From Octopus sinensis (taxonomy: Eukaryota), in NCBI RefSeq assembly GCF_006345805.1, contig NC_043002.1:25668001-25732000 (forward strand): a DNA stretch of 64,000 nt, in the 5' to 3' direction. The stretch's first letter is position 1; every line of letters starts with the position of its first letter. Of the stretch, positions 25,371 through 44,074 are shown piece after piece. The notes under the pieces are model-generated. The model made no database searches, was not told where the DNA came from, and worked only from the letters and a program-made list of their open reading frames with translations. Made by a program: the position numbers and the translations under genes.

Positions 25371-25510
25371 TTTATCATCATCATCATCATTATTATTGTT
25401 ATTATTATTATTATTATTGAGTGAGAGTAGCAAGTGCCATCAAAGTGACACTGGGGTACAAGTATACGAAAACCAGTATATCCATCATGATTACCCATCT
25501 GATAGGGTAC

Positions 25511-25550
<40 letters not shown>

Positions 25551-25589
25551 GTTGTTGTTGTTGTTGTTGTTATTGTTGTTGTGTTGTTA

Positions 25590-25850
25590 CTATATTTCAT
25601 TCCTCAGAGCACTCGATTTTATTTGCTTCGGCTAATTCCACGAGAGCGGACAGCAACTTGTTCTCAAAAATCTCACAGTGTCTCTTTCCACGATACATAC
25701 CACCCAAGTACCAATCCCGAAATCTTCTCTTTCCCCAATAGTGCAGATTTTGAGCATGTTCTGCCCTCATGTCAGTTCCAATTTCTCCGATATGTCAAGT
25801 GTCCCTACAATTACTGAGATGACATATACTCTCTTCATTGACCACATTTC
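25590..25850 (-). mobile_element. Degraded R4/Dong 3' fragment (family D-like)
   Basis: EMWSMKRVYVISVIVGTL.. then UTR and (AAC/AAT)n; a (TTC)n of ~130 bp lies on its 5' side. Confidence 0.55.
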
Positions 25851-26188
25851 TTTTTCTTCTTCTTCTTCTTCTTCTTCTTCTTCTTCTTCTTCTTCTTCTT
25901 CTTCTTCTTCTTCTTCTTCTTCTTCTTCTTCTTCTTCTTCTTCTTCTTCTTCTTCTTCTTCTTCTTCTTCTTCTTCTTCTTCTTGTTAATGCGGTGAGCT
26001 GACAGAATCTATTACACGCTTAGCGGCATTTCGTCCGTCTTTAAGCTCTGAGTTTAAATTCCGTCGAGGTCGACGTTGCTTTCGTTCCTTTCTAGATCGA
26101 TAAATTAACTACCAATTGAGTACTGGGGTTGATGTAATCAACTTAACCCTCCCCGAAACTTTTAGGCCTTGTGCCTGTAGTACAAAGG

Positions 26189-26254
<66 letters not shown>

Positions 26255-26540
26255 GAGTGACAGAGTAGTGCATGCCATCAAAGTGACACTGAGGTAAAAT
26301 ACACGAAGCCCAGTATACCCATCATGACTACCTGTCTGATAAGGGTACACCAGGCACATGCATCACAACCATATGTACTCGACATGGTGATCTCATATCA
26401 AGATAAACAACACATGACCTTGCAGGTGGGGTCCATTTAGAATTTTCTTCTGGTCGAGTAACCCATTCCACTCAAAAGGTCCCCGAATAAGGGTTGTTTA
26501 AGGATGTTGAACGAAACCATTATGTTTCCAGAGGTAAATT
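26255..26540 (-). mobile_element. Retroposon X, 5'-truncated copy
   Basis: 3' half of X with (AAT)n tail; a second, 90-bp truncated copy lies at 25419-25510. Confidence 0.8.
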
Positions 26541-26550
26541 TATTATTATT

Positions 26551-26820
26551 CTATATTTGACTTTTGCTTTACATTTGCACAAGTTGGCTCCAAGTCTCAC
26601 CCAGAGACCTCAAGAGACAACAAGTTGGAAGTTCATGTTGGTGTTATGCCTAGGATGCCATACATTTGGTTTTGTACTTAGTGTTGTTCTTGAGAATGTT
26701 TAAGAAACTATAAGAAAATTATGTTTGTTTTAAAACTTGAGATTACATAGAAAGTATTTTGCGTAGGATGTGAGCAATTCCCATGAGCACTCTCTTTTGA
26801 ATTTCTGCCATTATCATATT
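26551..26820 (-). mobile_element. R4/Dong family E 3' fragment
   Basis: AEIQKRVLMGIAHILRKILSM* followed by the UTR shared with 8672-8902. Confidence 0.75.
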
Positions 26821-26903
26821 TTATTATTACTATTGTTATTATTATTCTTCTTCTTCTTCTTCTTCTTCTTCTTCTTCTTCTTCTTCTTCTTCTTCTTCTT
26901 CTT

Positions 26904-26963
<60 letters not shown>

Positions 26964-26975
26964 ATTATAATTATA

Positions 26976-31248
<4,273 letters not shown>

Positions 31249-31277
31249 TATTATATTATTATTATTTTTTTTTTTTT

Positions 31278-33048
31278 CTTCTTTCAAATTTGCTTCCATT
31301 TCTTGCCGAGTGTCTTCCCGACTCCTAGGGCAAAGAAACTCATAGTATACATTGGTAGGCCATTAAACTAAACTCACTAGTTCGTTCTTTTTTTATTTAA
31401 GTTAAATTAAAATACATGGGTAGCAATAGTTCTCACATCGACAATGCTCTTCTCAATACGTGTGATGTACCAGTTAAGACAATCTTTTGCACATCTTGCA
31501 GGGATGGTAAGCCAGGGATCATTCTCATATAATTTTCGGTTCCCTTCTTGATCATTCCTAGTGCTCCTACGATCACTGGTATTGTAACCGCCTTGAGATG
31601 CCATATTTTCTCAATTTCAATGAGCAGGTCTTTATATTTTCTGAGCTTGTCAAACTCTTTCGCCAAGATATTATGATCACAGGGGATGCTCATGTCGATC
31701 AATAAGCAAACTTTATTGTTTTGGTCTTTCACAACAATATCCGGTTTATTTGCTTTGATGGTTCGGTCTGTATGTACTGGAAAGTACCACAGAGTCGTTA
31801 CATTTTCTCCTTCAGTTACAGCTTCAGAGTGGTGATTATACCACTTGTCGGCAGTTTTGATATTGTAATGCCGACTTATTAGCCAGTGTAGATATTGGCC
31901 AACTCTGTCATGTCTTAATTTTTACTCCACTGGTGCTAAGACTTTACATCCAGAGATTAGGTGGTCCACTGTTTCAATCATGTCGTTGCAGAATCGGCAT
32001 TTTGGGTCTGCTCCATTTTTCATCACATTGGCCTGGTAGTTCCGGGTTAATAGGCTTGATTTTAGCCCTGAGCTCCGTAGCCACTGATGGGTTTGCTTCT
32101 GGTCAATATCAGCTTGTTTGCTACGGGCCACATATTTGCAGTGCAGAGGTTTCTCCTCCCACCTATCAGCCAATTGCTCGTGCGCTTTTTTCGTTGCCAT
32201 TATTTTCACCTTCTTTGCAACAATAGTTGCCGTACTTCCCTCGGGTTGTTCAGTTTGGGTTTGTTCAGCTTTCCTCTATGATAGAATGAAGCTTCTTTCG
32301 TCTCTCGTGATTTTCCACGAGCTTAGCATCCAGTCATTCGTTATTTCAAGATATTTGGCCAGTCCAATTGTGGTTGTTTTGTAAGCTAGTTCAAATTGGA
32401 TCAGGCCTCGACCTCCTTGGGCTCTGGGGAGGTAAAGGCGATCTACGTCTGCCTTTGGGTGGTGCATCCTATTACAACTCAGCAGCTTGCGTATTTTCCT
32501 ATCTATATTCTTTACTTCACTCATATTCCAGTTCAACACATTATAGCTATAAGTAACAACTGGAACTGCTAAGGAATTTATAGCTAACACCTTGTTACGT
32601 GCATTTAGTTCAGATTTCAGGACTGCACGAACTCTTCTATAACATTCCTTCCTGATCTTCTCTTTCATGCTTGCATGCTGAATACCAGAGCCTTCATTTA
32701 TCCCTAAATATTTGTATGTTTGTTCTTGCTCAAGCTCTCTTATGACTGTGTCAACATCTAACACGACTGAATTTGTGGTCTTCACTTTCCCTTTCTGGAA
32801 AGTGGCCTTGGCACACTTCTGAAGCCCAAACTCCATCCCGATGTCATCGCTGAATGCTTTCACAGTGCGCAATAGGCCTTCAAGTTCATTATCGTCTTTA
32901 CCATAGAGTTTTAAATCATCCATATAAAATAGATGGCTTATTTTTTTATTGGCAATTTTATACCCATACCCTGTTCTGTTTAATTCACTTGTAAGGGGTA
33001 TTAAGGCTATGCAGCATATTAAAGGTGAAAGTGAGTCACCTTGAAAAA
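31278..33048 (-). mobile_element. 5'-truncated R4/Dong family B element (~1.8 kb)
   Basis: Begins at FQGDSLSP, then YMDDLKLY, thumb, CRFC..ETVDHLISGC and RLE. (TAA)n on both sides. Confidence 0.9.
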
Positions 33049-33058
33049 AAAATTATTA

Positions 33059-33184
<126 letters not shown>

Positions 33185-35680
33185 AATTTCTAGATAACTG
33201 AAGACAAATACTTTTGTTTAATTATTCAAATTAGCTGGAAGGTGGCCTCGAATTCTCAGAAAATTTATTGTAAATTTCATTAGGTTATATGTATGGGTGA
33301 CATTATAGTCTAAATTTAATGTTATGTTCAAAAGAAGATAAAGTATTTTGAGGTTGTTGCAGAAAGGAGCCTCTACGTTGCCTAAGCTCTAAGTGATCGA
33401 ATCTGTGGGATTGTAAACCGTGAGCGATTGTAACTCTATGTAGTCATACTTCTCTGTGATCGAACTATTATGTGATCTAATGGAGCAAAACCAGAGGTCG
33501 TCTTAGCAACATTATGGACCCCTGGGGAAATCAATGCACTGTACCCTGTAGTATTTATTTATTGACAACAAACCACAACATACACACATAGATCATAACT
33601 GAGCCCCCTAGACCCTTGGGACCCCTGGGCATCAGCCAAGTGCCAGATGGCACTGGATCGAATGGCCTGTTAGAAATAACATATTTTCCCTCAAATCGCT
33701 GGCTATCATCTCAAAAAAGAAAGGGCACATTTGATAATGTAGTCCGGACAATTCTATACTCAGGCAACATAGACCGCATAGTCACGATTGGAATGCATTT
33801 GATCATAGGTCTTCTAGATTACGGATGATTTATGGCTAAACAGCGACTAGTATGAATTCCCTCTTCATGAGCCAAAGAGGGATCCTCTACATGGTGATTC
33901 GACCTGCTAAAAACTATAACCAAATCTCTCTTAAAATATCGTTCCGCCATTTTAAAAACAGGAGACAATAATTATTGTACCACACAGCGTTTAAACGCAG
34001 GATAAGTTGGTCACAAAACACCTTTAATTAGATGTCAGTCAGAACTGACCTGGTATTAAACAGCATCATCAAGAATGACTCCTTTAATTCATGTAAGCTG
34101 ACAGGCAACGGATCCTAGTAATCCCTGTTATACGTTTTAATCCCGTGATATTTCTCTGATCCCAAATCTCTTCACTGTTCGGAAACACGCGATAGTATAT
34201 TACATTTCCAAAGAACGGCAGTCTCTGCGTTCCTGCATATCTAATGATCGTTAGTCATTCCGAAGCATGATATACTATACTTCACACTATCTACTCTTCC
34301 GCAGCTACTATCTATGCACAGTGTAGACACTTTGTACCAAACTTACATGACTGATATGAACCAGTATCCCATTACACATTATAGTTAAGTAAAGATGTAT
34401 TCTTTTTCCGTCTCTTCTACTACTCATCAAATCTCAGCCAATTGCAAACCGCCGCCACAGCTTAAGTTCATTTGATACACGTGCCTTTCCTCGTCTTGTC
34501 ATTTCTGTCGAGACTCACCTACAAGCCTTGTCATAAATAATTCATCAAGTTCTTCATCCTCAGAACTGCACATCATAGGAAACTAGCCCTCCATCCCCAG
34601 ACATTTCCATGTCTTCCTTACGTAGATCAGCTCAGAAAACTTCGAATTGAATAACGGCTATATCAACCATAAACAGTGTGAGAGTGCTTCTCCTCGCCAT
34701 TTTACTAATTTTTAAAATTAATTTCTCCTACTATGAATACTAATTTTGAACATAGCACACAAGGTTGCAAATTTGACAGAAGTAATTCGATGTGATCAAC
34801 CCCAGCTATTGAATGGTACTTTATTTTATCAGTTCGGAAGGATGAAAAGTAAAGTTGATATTGTCGGAATTTGAATTCAGAACTTAGAGATCCGGGGAAA
34901 ATATTGTATGGCAATTTTTTTTGACTCTCTAACGTTTCTACATCGGGTAAGATACTGAACTGAACAATAGAAATTCGACAATTTAACATAGAAACTAGCA
35001 GAAGAAGGTACGGCACAGACAGGCAAGTTATAATTGGTAGACAACTAAACTAGATGTTGTTTAGTCCCAAGTCATCTCTGATTAAACAGATCAATGATCA
35101 AAGGCGTTCTACCCATGTCTATCCCATCCATTTATATAATTCGAGTTTCTTTCTTCCTCTTTTCTTAAAACAGAGGTTGGGATTTGAGGGAATTGCGTGC
35201 TATTGCTAGCAGGTCTAGTGACAGCATAGGATCTCCCTACCTGGCTCATATATTGGCAGAGAGGGAGACAATAATTGAAAGCTGACATAAGTTTTAAGAG
35301 TTAGCTAAAGACAGGTTGAAAGTAAATAAAAGAAAGAAAAAAATAATGAACAGAAATAAAACATTTAAAGAGAAAGAATAAAACAAAATAATAAAATATG
35401 AAAACTATGACAATGAAAATAAAACAAAGTAAATACCGCAGTGAATGGGTTTATTGACGATTCAAGTTGACATAGAACTAACCAGTGAGGAAGAAGTAGA
35501 GGTAGACGTCGGGGAGGGGCGATGAGGCGAAGTGGTGGTGGTGGTGGGTCAAGATTGGGTAAGTAGGGATTGATAGGAATGTCTGTCTCCCACGAGAACT
35601 GCTGGCACATTACTCGGAGGCGGAAAAAACAGCCGGATGAATATGTTGTTTGTTGACATATCTTATTGACAGTAATTAGG

Positions 35681-35715
<35 letters not shown>

Positions 35716-35747
35716 TATACATATACATATATGTATATATATGTATA

Positions 35748-35800
<53 letters not shown>

Positions 35801-35904
35801 GGACATACACTTTTTGCATACACCTCTATTGACTTTCTCATTGATAACGACGTTCCCTATATATGCACAAATGTAATTCCTTCTCAGATAATTGCACTTT
35901 ATGT

Positions 35905-35985
35905 TTTGAGGCGCCGATGAAACTATAAGATATAATTCAAGTCCATTGCATCTTATTACTAGAAACAGCTGTAAGCTCATGATGA
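35905..35985 (+). ncRNA. Degenerate type I hammerhead motif
   Basis: CCGATGA (U4>C) 35914-35920; ATAAGAT/ATCTTAT stem II; GAAA; palindromic stem III ACAGCTGT; GUA site; tgag/ctca stem I. Confidence 0.45.
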
Positions 35986-36155
35986 AGTTCATAAGATAGT
36001 CATTTATTCTTTTGTCATCTCTTTTTCTAATATTATATATGTATATATATGTATATATATATATATTATATATATTATATATATATATGTATATATATAT
36101 ATGTATATATACATATATAATATATATGTATATATACATATTATATATATATGTA

Positions 36156-36202
<47 letters not shown>

Positions 36203-36237
36203 GTATATATACATATTATATATATATGTATATATAT

Positions 36238-36391
<154 letters not shown>

Positions 36392-36411
36392 TTATCTATC
36401 TATCTACATAT

Positions 36412-36478
36412 AAGAGGGATGACCACTAAGTGGATATCCATTATACTATTGGATGTCCACTTAGTTGTCATTCCTCTT
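36412..36478. other. 29-bp-stem hairpin after (TA)n/(TCTA)n
   Basis: AAGAGGGATGACCACTAAGTGGATATCCA pairs with TGGATGTCCACTTAGTTGTCATTCCTCTT (26/29). Confidence 0.7.
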
Positions 36479-36585
36479 TTATGTATGTAATATAATTTTT
36501 CTGAATCTTCAGATTTTTTTAGTTTGCTAGGCCACTGGTTTTAAATTGATATTGATCAAATTAATATTCAATTTTTCACCCTTAT

Positions 36586-36636
<51 letters not shown>

Positions 36637-37559
36637 ATATATATATAATATATATATATAGATATATATATTATATACTTGTGTGAGTCATGTAAGAGAC
36701 CATAACTCAGGGAAAAGATGCATTCGTATATCTGTCAGTAGAGTAGGTATATGATCCGAAATGTATAGAGCATTAAATATCCATCACGGCTGATCTTACC
36801 AGTCGGTTTCGCGTAAAGAATGTAATGGAGTGTTAGGTAACAACCCGATTATATAACATTAGTCTCGTCAGAGTTAATCGATATGGAAGGGAATATGGTG
36901 ACTGCTTCCTATTGTGGGAGGGAGGTGGATTGGCACAACCGGTCAACGCCTGCTGTGAAAAAGGTGGTGAAACGAAAAACGGCCAGAGGATTAGGTTAGG
37001 AGTTATGTCTCTTGGCTGCGTATACTGTGAAGCCGGTAAGCGTTATCTTGAAGTGGGGAAAAGTATTATTAATGTGGTGCTCCTGTGAGGATGAGGTGTG
37101 TGATATGTGTAGTGGTGTCATATGCATAATTTTTCCGGGGGTGTAGGTATATAAACTGTGTTCGTTGGACTGTTTTCTTTCTGTAAAGGATAAGGTTGTA
37201 AAATTTTTATGTTAGTGTGCAGTGTATAATATGTATGTATGTGAGTGGTTTATGTAAATACATACCCTTCCACACAAATTGTACTACTACACATACATAG
37301 ACCCACACACACACACATTACCGTAGAGTTTAAATAGCTGACTGAACACAAAAATCAGTCCCGAAGAACGTAATTTATGCTGATAGGGTGTATAAATCAA
37401 TTACTAATGAATGAAGCCATCCTAAAAGACTTTAAATAGAAAAAATGGTCTGAATTTCACATCAGTTAATGCTGAGAAGGCTTTTTGCAGTGTATCCATC
37501 TTTAGATTCCAGAAACATTTGCCACAAATAAGGTAGAATCTTCAAGAAATAATTTTGTA

Positions 37560-37800
37560 GATACAAACTAGTTATTTATGAAAATAGAACACGTCCTCAT
37601 TGAAAAAGGAATTTTCTAAGCGGATTTCTCCTCCATTAGTTTTCTTTCTGGCATAAGCACATTTAGGTAATATATTAAAGCAGAATGGACTCGGATACGA
37701 ATAATATTGGAGGATAACCAATCGTCTTTGTATATGGACGACCTCGACCTAATAGTGTGCATTAAAAATAGTAAACTCTACAGCTTATATTATGCAAATT
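37560..37800 (+). mobile_element. Old RT fragment (R4-like)
   Basis: KGIF...QNGLGYE...SLYMDDL remnant of the GIFQGD...GYE...LYMDDL stretch. Confidence 0.45.
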
Positions 37801-38009
37801 CCCTAGAGAAAGGACTGGATACAGAATTCAGATCTGAAAAAAATGTTTCATGGCCGCTGATACCAATGTTAGAAAAAGAAGTAGGAATGGTGGGGATTCG
37901 ACCAAACAGATTCATAACCTCGCTCCTTTGCACAGTGAAAGCATGTAACAACAATAAGAATATGGCAATAAGATCGGATCTCACTGGTTTTCTAAATTAA
38001 TCACTGAAG

Positions 38010-39000
38010 GTTCACAAAAAGCAATGGAGACGCACAAGACAATACAATGTGGGGTTACTTAAAAGGCGGGTAAAAAGTGAAAAAACAGGAACAATATAAA
38101 ATTATAACAATGAATAATTCCCTCAAGGAAAGAGACTTCCTAAGGCTGCTCGTGAAGACCCACGAAACCATGGTTACCCTGACCACTAGGGCAGGTATCG
38201 TCTCTTCCTTCAACCTACAGGCGCATGCTCGTTTACTCAGGTCAATTCTGCAACATTCATCCACCTTCAAACAAAATTGCTGAAAGTCTCTTCCCTCTTT
38301 CCCTTCACTTTTCATTTCAAGTAGAACTTGAAAAAGTTGAAGGTTTGGCAAAAGAGAAAAGTATCTGACTTTAGCTCTTCTAATCTGGTCCACCATACAA
38401 GCTCTTTCGCTAAGGCCACTAGGGAAAAAAGAACTTGCTCTTTCCAACCAAAGGAAAGCGACTGGACTATCTTCGCAATGGACTCAGCCGATAGCAGCAA
38501 CCGTCCTACACATGGCAGCAGGTGTTTGACATAAACCCACAAGTCAGCAATGCTCAAGCATTGGACGAGAGCGTGCAGAACAGTTTCGTTGCTTTGTGCC
38601 GTCTCGAGCAATCTTGGCTGATGGTACTTCCATACATGTAGAGTTTATCCCGAATCGGCAATACGCCCAGAGTCTCCCAGAGAACGTCGCCGCACTTGAC
38701 CGCCGCTAAGCTTCTATAGAGCATCAAAATTGAATTCGACCCGACTGACAGAAGACTATGGGGGTCTAACGATACTCTAGGAGCCAGGTGCCCTGCCTTG
38801 GTCTACGCTTGATCCAGGACTGCAGCTTAGTCAAAGAGGTGAGCTGTGGAATATCTTGTCTGACAAATAGCGACTGCACCAGCTCACCGTCTAGGAAGCG
38901 CTTAAGATGTCGTAGCCTCAGCGCATATCTGTACATAAGCAGTCACTGCATGCCCAGCCAAGATGGAATTTTAGGGGAGAGGGCTAGTCGATTATACCGA
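38010..39000 (-). mobile_element. L1/Tx1-group LINE 3' fragment
   Basis: ..ETVLHALVQC..IADLW...ELVWWTR...FFKFYLK C-terminal knuckle region, broken by frameshifts. Confidence 0.6.
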
Positions 39001-39149
39001 CCTTAGTACTCAACTGGTACATTTTTTATCGATACTGAAGATTGAAAAGCAAAGTCCATCTCGGCGGTATTTAAAATCAGAACTTGAGCCAGAAATAATT
39101 GCTTCTAGCATAGGCATAAAGTCTGAAAGTTGGGGAATGGATCAGTCGA

Positions 39150-39550
39150 TGCCAGTTTCAAATTTTTGCTCAAGGCCAGCAATTTCGGGGTAGGAAGTAA
39201 GTCAGTTACATCAACTACCGTGCTTACATTAACTGGTACTTGTATTATCGACCTTGAAAAGATGAAATACAAAATCATCATCGACGGAATTTGAACTCAG
39301 AACGTAAAGATAGACGAGATGGCGTTAAGCATTTTCCCGACGTGCTAAAGATTCTGCCAGCTTGCCACAATGAAGGGTGAGCAATCAGTCGATAAAATTG
39401 TCATCAATATGTGACTCTCATTTCATTTTAGAGTGTTTGGAAGGATAAAAGCAAAGTTGATTTCAGCGGGATTTGAACCCAAAACGTAAAGCGCTGAAAG
39501 AAATGATGTAAAGCATTCGCCCGACGTTTCAACGATTCTGCCAGTTTGAA
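39150..39550 (-). mobile_element. Two degraded S1 SINEs
   Basis: tttgaactcagaacgtaaag...gattctgccagc reverse S1 heads. Confidence 0.7.
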
Positions 39551-39970
39551 CAATAGTTGGAGTAAGTTTACGTAAACTGAAAGGAACTTGTGTTTCTAAT
39601 ACGTGATCAGCAGTGATCTAATATTTAATCACAGATCTCTAAGTGCAAATTTCACCTTTACAATATTGTTTGCCATTATATACATATTTACGTATTCATT
39701 TATTTATTCACTTTACAGTGTGTTGTGTATACACGTGTAAGTTAGGGAACATGTGTGTGTATATATATTTGGTATATTCAGAAACGATTCCGTGCTGAGT
39801 AAATATGTATGTACAAATGAATAGTTTTAGTGGTTATTACGTCACACCAGTTAGACAATAACAACTACCATCTTACTCACTTGTATGTATAAGTCTCTAT
39901 TGTGTGTGATACAGGTATACAATAATACATACAATCATACATAAATACATACATACATGCATACATACAT

Positions 39971-40001
<31 letters not shown>

Positions 40002-40120
40002 ACACACACACACACACACACACATATATACGTAACTACCTCTCTATCTGCCCATCCGTTCTCTCTCTCTATATATTTATATGCACGTATGTATAAATAT
40101 GTGTGTGTGTATGTGCAAAT

Positions 40121-40170
<50 letters not shown>

Positions 40171-40260
40171 ATATATATTATATATATAATAAATTAGAGA
40201 TAAAAACACTATTATGCAAATCAAACAAAGAAAGTTTGGATTTATTCCCTAATATTTATT

Positions 40261-40327
<67 letters not shown>

Positions 40328-40621
40328 CATATACATATTCAAATGAACAAACGCTCTCTGTGTAATGAAATGAATATCTTGAAAAATATATGAATACAGT
40401 AAGGTTGGCTGATGATCCTTAAGTACTAACGTTTACAAAAAGTGAGATCAATTGATACTAAGATATCTGTTCTTGCTTTGTGGTTTATACACAGTTGGGC
40501 TTTTATTATATTCCTTACATTCACCATACATGTTTTTTAATAGTGAGAAGTGGATTTGGAGTGTTAACTCCTATTTCTAGCAAGTGGTATTCCGGTGCCC
40601 GAATTCATGTATGTATGTATG

Positions 40622-40680
<59 letters not shown>

Positions 40681-41014
40681 CAGTAATCGCCAAGCTAATA
40701 TGGCAGTCCATAAATATAAGACTAAAGTTGCCGTTGATTAGCTTCAAGAGGCCATCGCCTCTAGCTAGTTATATGACACATGAACCTTTGTCCATTATAA
40801 CCTTCGAACAGGGGAGGTCAGCCGCTTCCCTTGCTGGTCAGGCATCTGCAGACATGTTTCAGGGTATTTGCCCTTTATCAATGCAGAGTAGCCAAACCCA
40901 GCAAGCGTCGCTGCTGATCGTCTGTTCGAAGGATTATTTACCTAATTTCAGTGGAATACATCCACTGGTTTTCAAAAATAGAAATATTAAAATATTATAT
41001 ATATATATAAGGAA

Positions 41015-41080
41015 GCCATGGAAGCACACTATTGCCGATTCCCATTAGGAGGAAACTGAGCAGTCCAGTGCTTTAGCTTC
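41015..41080 (+). ncRNA. Degenerate type I hammerhead motif
   Basis: GAAGC..GAAGCAC/GTGCTTT..GCTTC stem I; damaged core TTGCCGA; TTCC catta GGAG stem II; GAAA; ACTG ag CAGT stem III; GUC site. Confidence 0.45.
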
Positions 41081-41256
41081 GTTTTACTTGTGGGGCACAT
41101 GTCTATCCTGACAGTATATATAAATGTACTTTTACGCAGATACAAGTGGTTTAACTCTTATTTCTAGCAATATATATATGCTTGTAGCACATACAGCCAC
41201 GATTAGTGATGACTAAATCTTGTCTATACGGTTTATATTGTGCTCAGCTACCCACA

Positions 41257-41332
<76 letters not shown>

Positions 41333-42684
41333 TAGATTAGACTAGACTAGACTACCCGTGACCCGTTGAGTTACCAATAATTCAAGGTACCGGGAAAGTC
41401 AAAGTTTCCCAGCAACGGAGCTTTGTTTTGTGTTTTTTCTTTTGTAGGATATTTCGCATGCTTTCAACGAATGTGACATCGAGATCATGCGTAAACGGTT
41501 CTTTTCCCCAGAAAAGGAAAGATTTGGCTGCTATTTCTTACACGCCCTGCGACCATGTGACTGGTATTTCGGGTCCTTTATCGCAAATAGCTGTTATGTA
41601 GTAGCAGGGCGTGCTAGAAGTAGCAACCAAATCTTTGGAAGTGAGATACGTTGAATGCACACGAAAGAAACCCATGGAAAGAAACTATTTTACAGCGAGG
41701 TTACGAACGTGTCTTTATGAAATATTTACTGTATTTTTAAAGTCACTTTCTATTTAAAATATTTTGCCCATAATAATGTGTCTAAAGGAAAGGTTAGAGA
41801 TTCTTCCTTTTCAGGATTAAGTTATTTTGGGAATATTTTCCCATTATGCATCACTTGGGGGTATTTAACCCCACAAAACTCCAAAGTATTTTCCCATCAT
41901 GCGCCGGTTTGGCTGTGTAACATTGCAAGCAAGCAAACAAGCAAGATTGAAGTTCAATTTTAATGTAATATAGATATACATATATAGCAAACGGCTAAGG
42001 CAACAATGGTTCTACGTGTACTGGCTGACCCACCGCCTGCATACGACTAGATAGATAAACCGTTTTGCTATATGCAGCATTGCCCACTGTATCTCCTCCT
42101 CCTCCTCCTTCTCCTCTTCCTCCTCCTCCTCTTCCTCCTTCTTCTCCTTCTCCTTCCGATTCTTCTCATTCTTTCCCTCTTTCCTTCTACTTCCTTTTCG
42201 TCTTCTGATCGTTTTCCTCCCTCTTCCTTCTCTTTATCTCTCCTATCATAATACGCATTCACCCTCTTGATTCCCCCCCCTACTTAATATCTTCCCAACA
42301 TACTCATTCCGCGTACACACTTTTAATCTTTTCTTTTTATTTCCCCCCGATATTTTCCTAACAATAAAGTCTGAAGGGCGGACGCACAATAATAGCATAC
42401 CTTTGATGCAATATCTGATGAAGTGCCTCTCCAATGTCAAAAACCGCAAATATTACGTGATTTTTCTTTTAGAATTTAGGTGTAAACTGGCGTTGCAAAT
42501 GGAGATGGTATGGAAACATTTGTAATTTATAATTAAAAATATATTGAAACATTTTCTTTGTCTTCTTCACTTTACCTCTCCTATATATATATATATAATA
42601 TATATATATATATGTTTTGTCGGATATAATTTATGCGTTATCTACTATACACGCACTCACATATTCACACATATATATATATGT

Positions 42685-42737
<53 letters not shown>

Positions 42738-43517
42738 TATGTCTGTATACATAGATATATAGTTATTACATGTTTATATATAGATATAATAGGAATGTGC
42801 ATTAACAATGGTACCTAAATAGAATTGAGAATAAAATGGGGATGAAATCCTTATTTCTTAATCAATGTCCATAGCCATTCCGTCTATCGATTATCAATGT
42901 CAATTACATCTCTGTAAGTTTAATTAAAGCTATTTCGTTGTCAACACTACCGTCTCTACAGATACTGGATGCTGGTGCAATCGCTTCTCCTCTTAAGCGA
43001 CAGGCTAATATTTTTTCATCACAAAATATAGGTATAATTTTGTGAAGCAGTTTTCAGCCTTTTGAAAATGGAGAACATTAGCATATTAGTCACCATGAGT
43101 TTCCAGAAAGCGTGTAGTCTTGTTTGGGTACGTCTGAGTCAGCTTTGATCAAGTAGGCCTATGAAAACCTATTTTAGGAGAACGTAAATGGAATACATCC
43201 TGTGACATCTTCAGCGACTCTCCATCCTACGTGTCTCCTCCTCTTCTGTATAGTCCATTCTGTCTTCCTATAGAGTTTCTTTTAAAATTTGTACTTGTTT
43301 TAGTCATTAGACTGCGGCCATGCTGGGGCACTGCCTTAAAAAATTTTTAATCAAATGAATTGACCCCAGTACTTAGTTTTGTTAAAGCTTGGTACTTATT
43401 TTATGGGTCCTTTTTATCGAACCGTTAAGTTACAGAGACGTAAACACACCAACACCGGTTGTCAAGCAAACACAAACTCAGATACCAAACACGCACACAA
43501 ATAATATATATATATAT

Positions 43518-43575
<58 letters not shown>

Positions 43576-43700
43576 GTCACAAAAATGACAGAGTACTGAT
43601 TAGCACCGCTTTTGCTAAAAATGAGAGTCAAAACAACTCAAAAAGCTACGAAAACACTGTCTTAATGACTGTCAAAGGGAAGTAAGTCCCCAGCGTATAT

Positions 43701-43983
43701 AGTCGGATCACGATTTCAGATTTTGATGAAGGTGGTGATCTGGCAGAAACGTTAGCACGCCGGGCGAAATGCTTAGCGGTATTTCGTGTCTTCATGTTCT
43801 GAGTTCAAATTCCACTGAGGTCGACTTTACCTTTCATCTTTCGGAGTCGATAAATTAAGTACCAGTTGCGTACTGGGGTCGATCTAATCGACTAGCCCCC
43901 TCCCCCAAAATTTCGGGCCTTGTGCCTAGAGTAGAAAATATTTCGGATTTTGATGTAGACCATCCTAATCTTCATCAGCGACT
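43701..43983 (-). ncRNA. Complete type I hammerhead ribozyme split by an S1 SINE
   Basis: Removing the SINE and one TSD copy gives AGTCG CTGATGA AGATT agGATG gtcta CATC aa AATCT GAAA TCGTGA TC CGACT: intact core, stems I-III and an AUC cleavage site. Confidence 0.72.
43729..43939 (+). mobile_element. Full-length S1 SINE with 16-bp target-site duplication
   Basis: A-box TGGCAGAAACG, B-box GAGTTCAAATTCC; TSD atttc(a/g)gattttgatg at 43713-43728 and 43940-43955. Confidence 0.9.
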
Positions 43984-44074
43984 CTTAATGCCTAGGGTTA
44001 AACTCAACAACCCCTGTCAGTTTTATAAGAAAACCATTGAAATCATGTGCTGATTTTCAAAACGCTAAAAGTGT

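Noticed and set aside
40409-40440. CTGATGA as a hammerhead (also 18421, 42416, 48903, 57039)
   Set aside because: No stem II followed by GAAA; several lie inside TE coding remnants.
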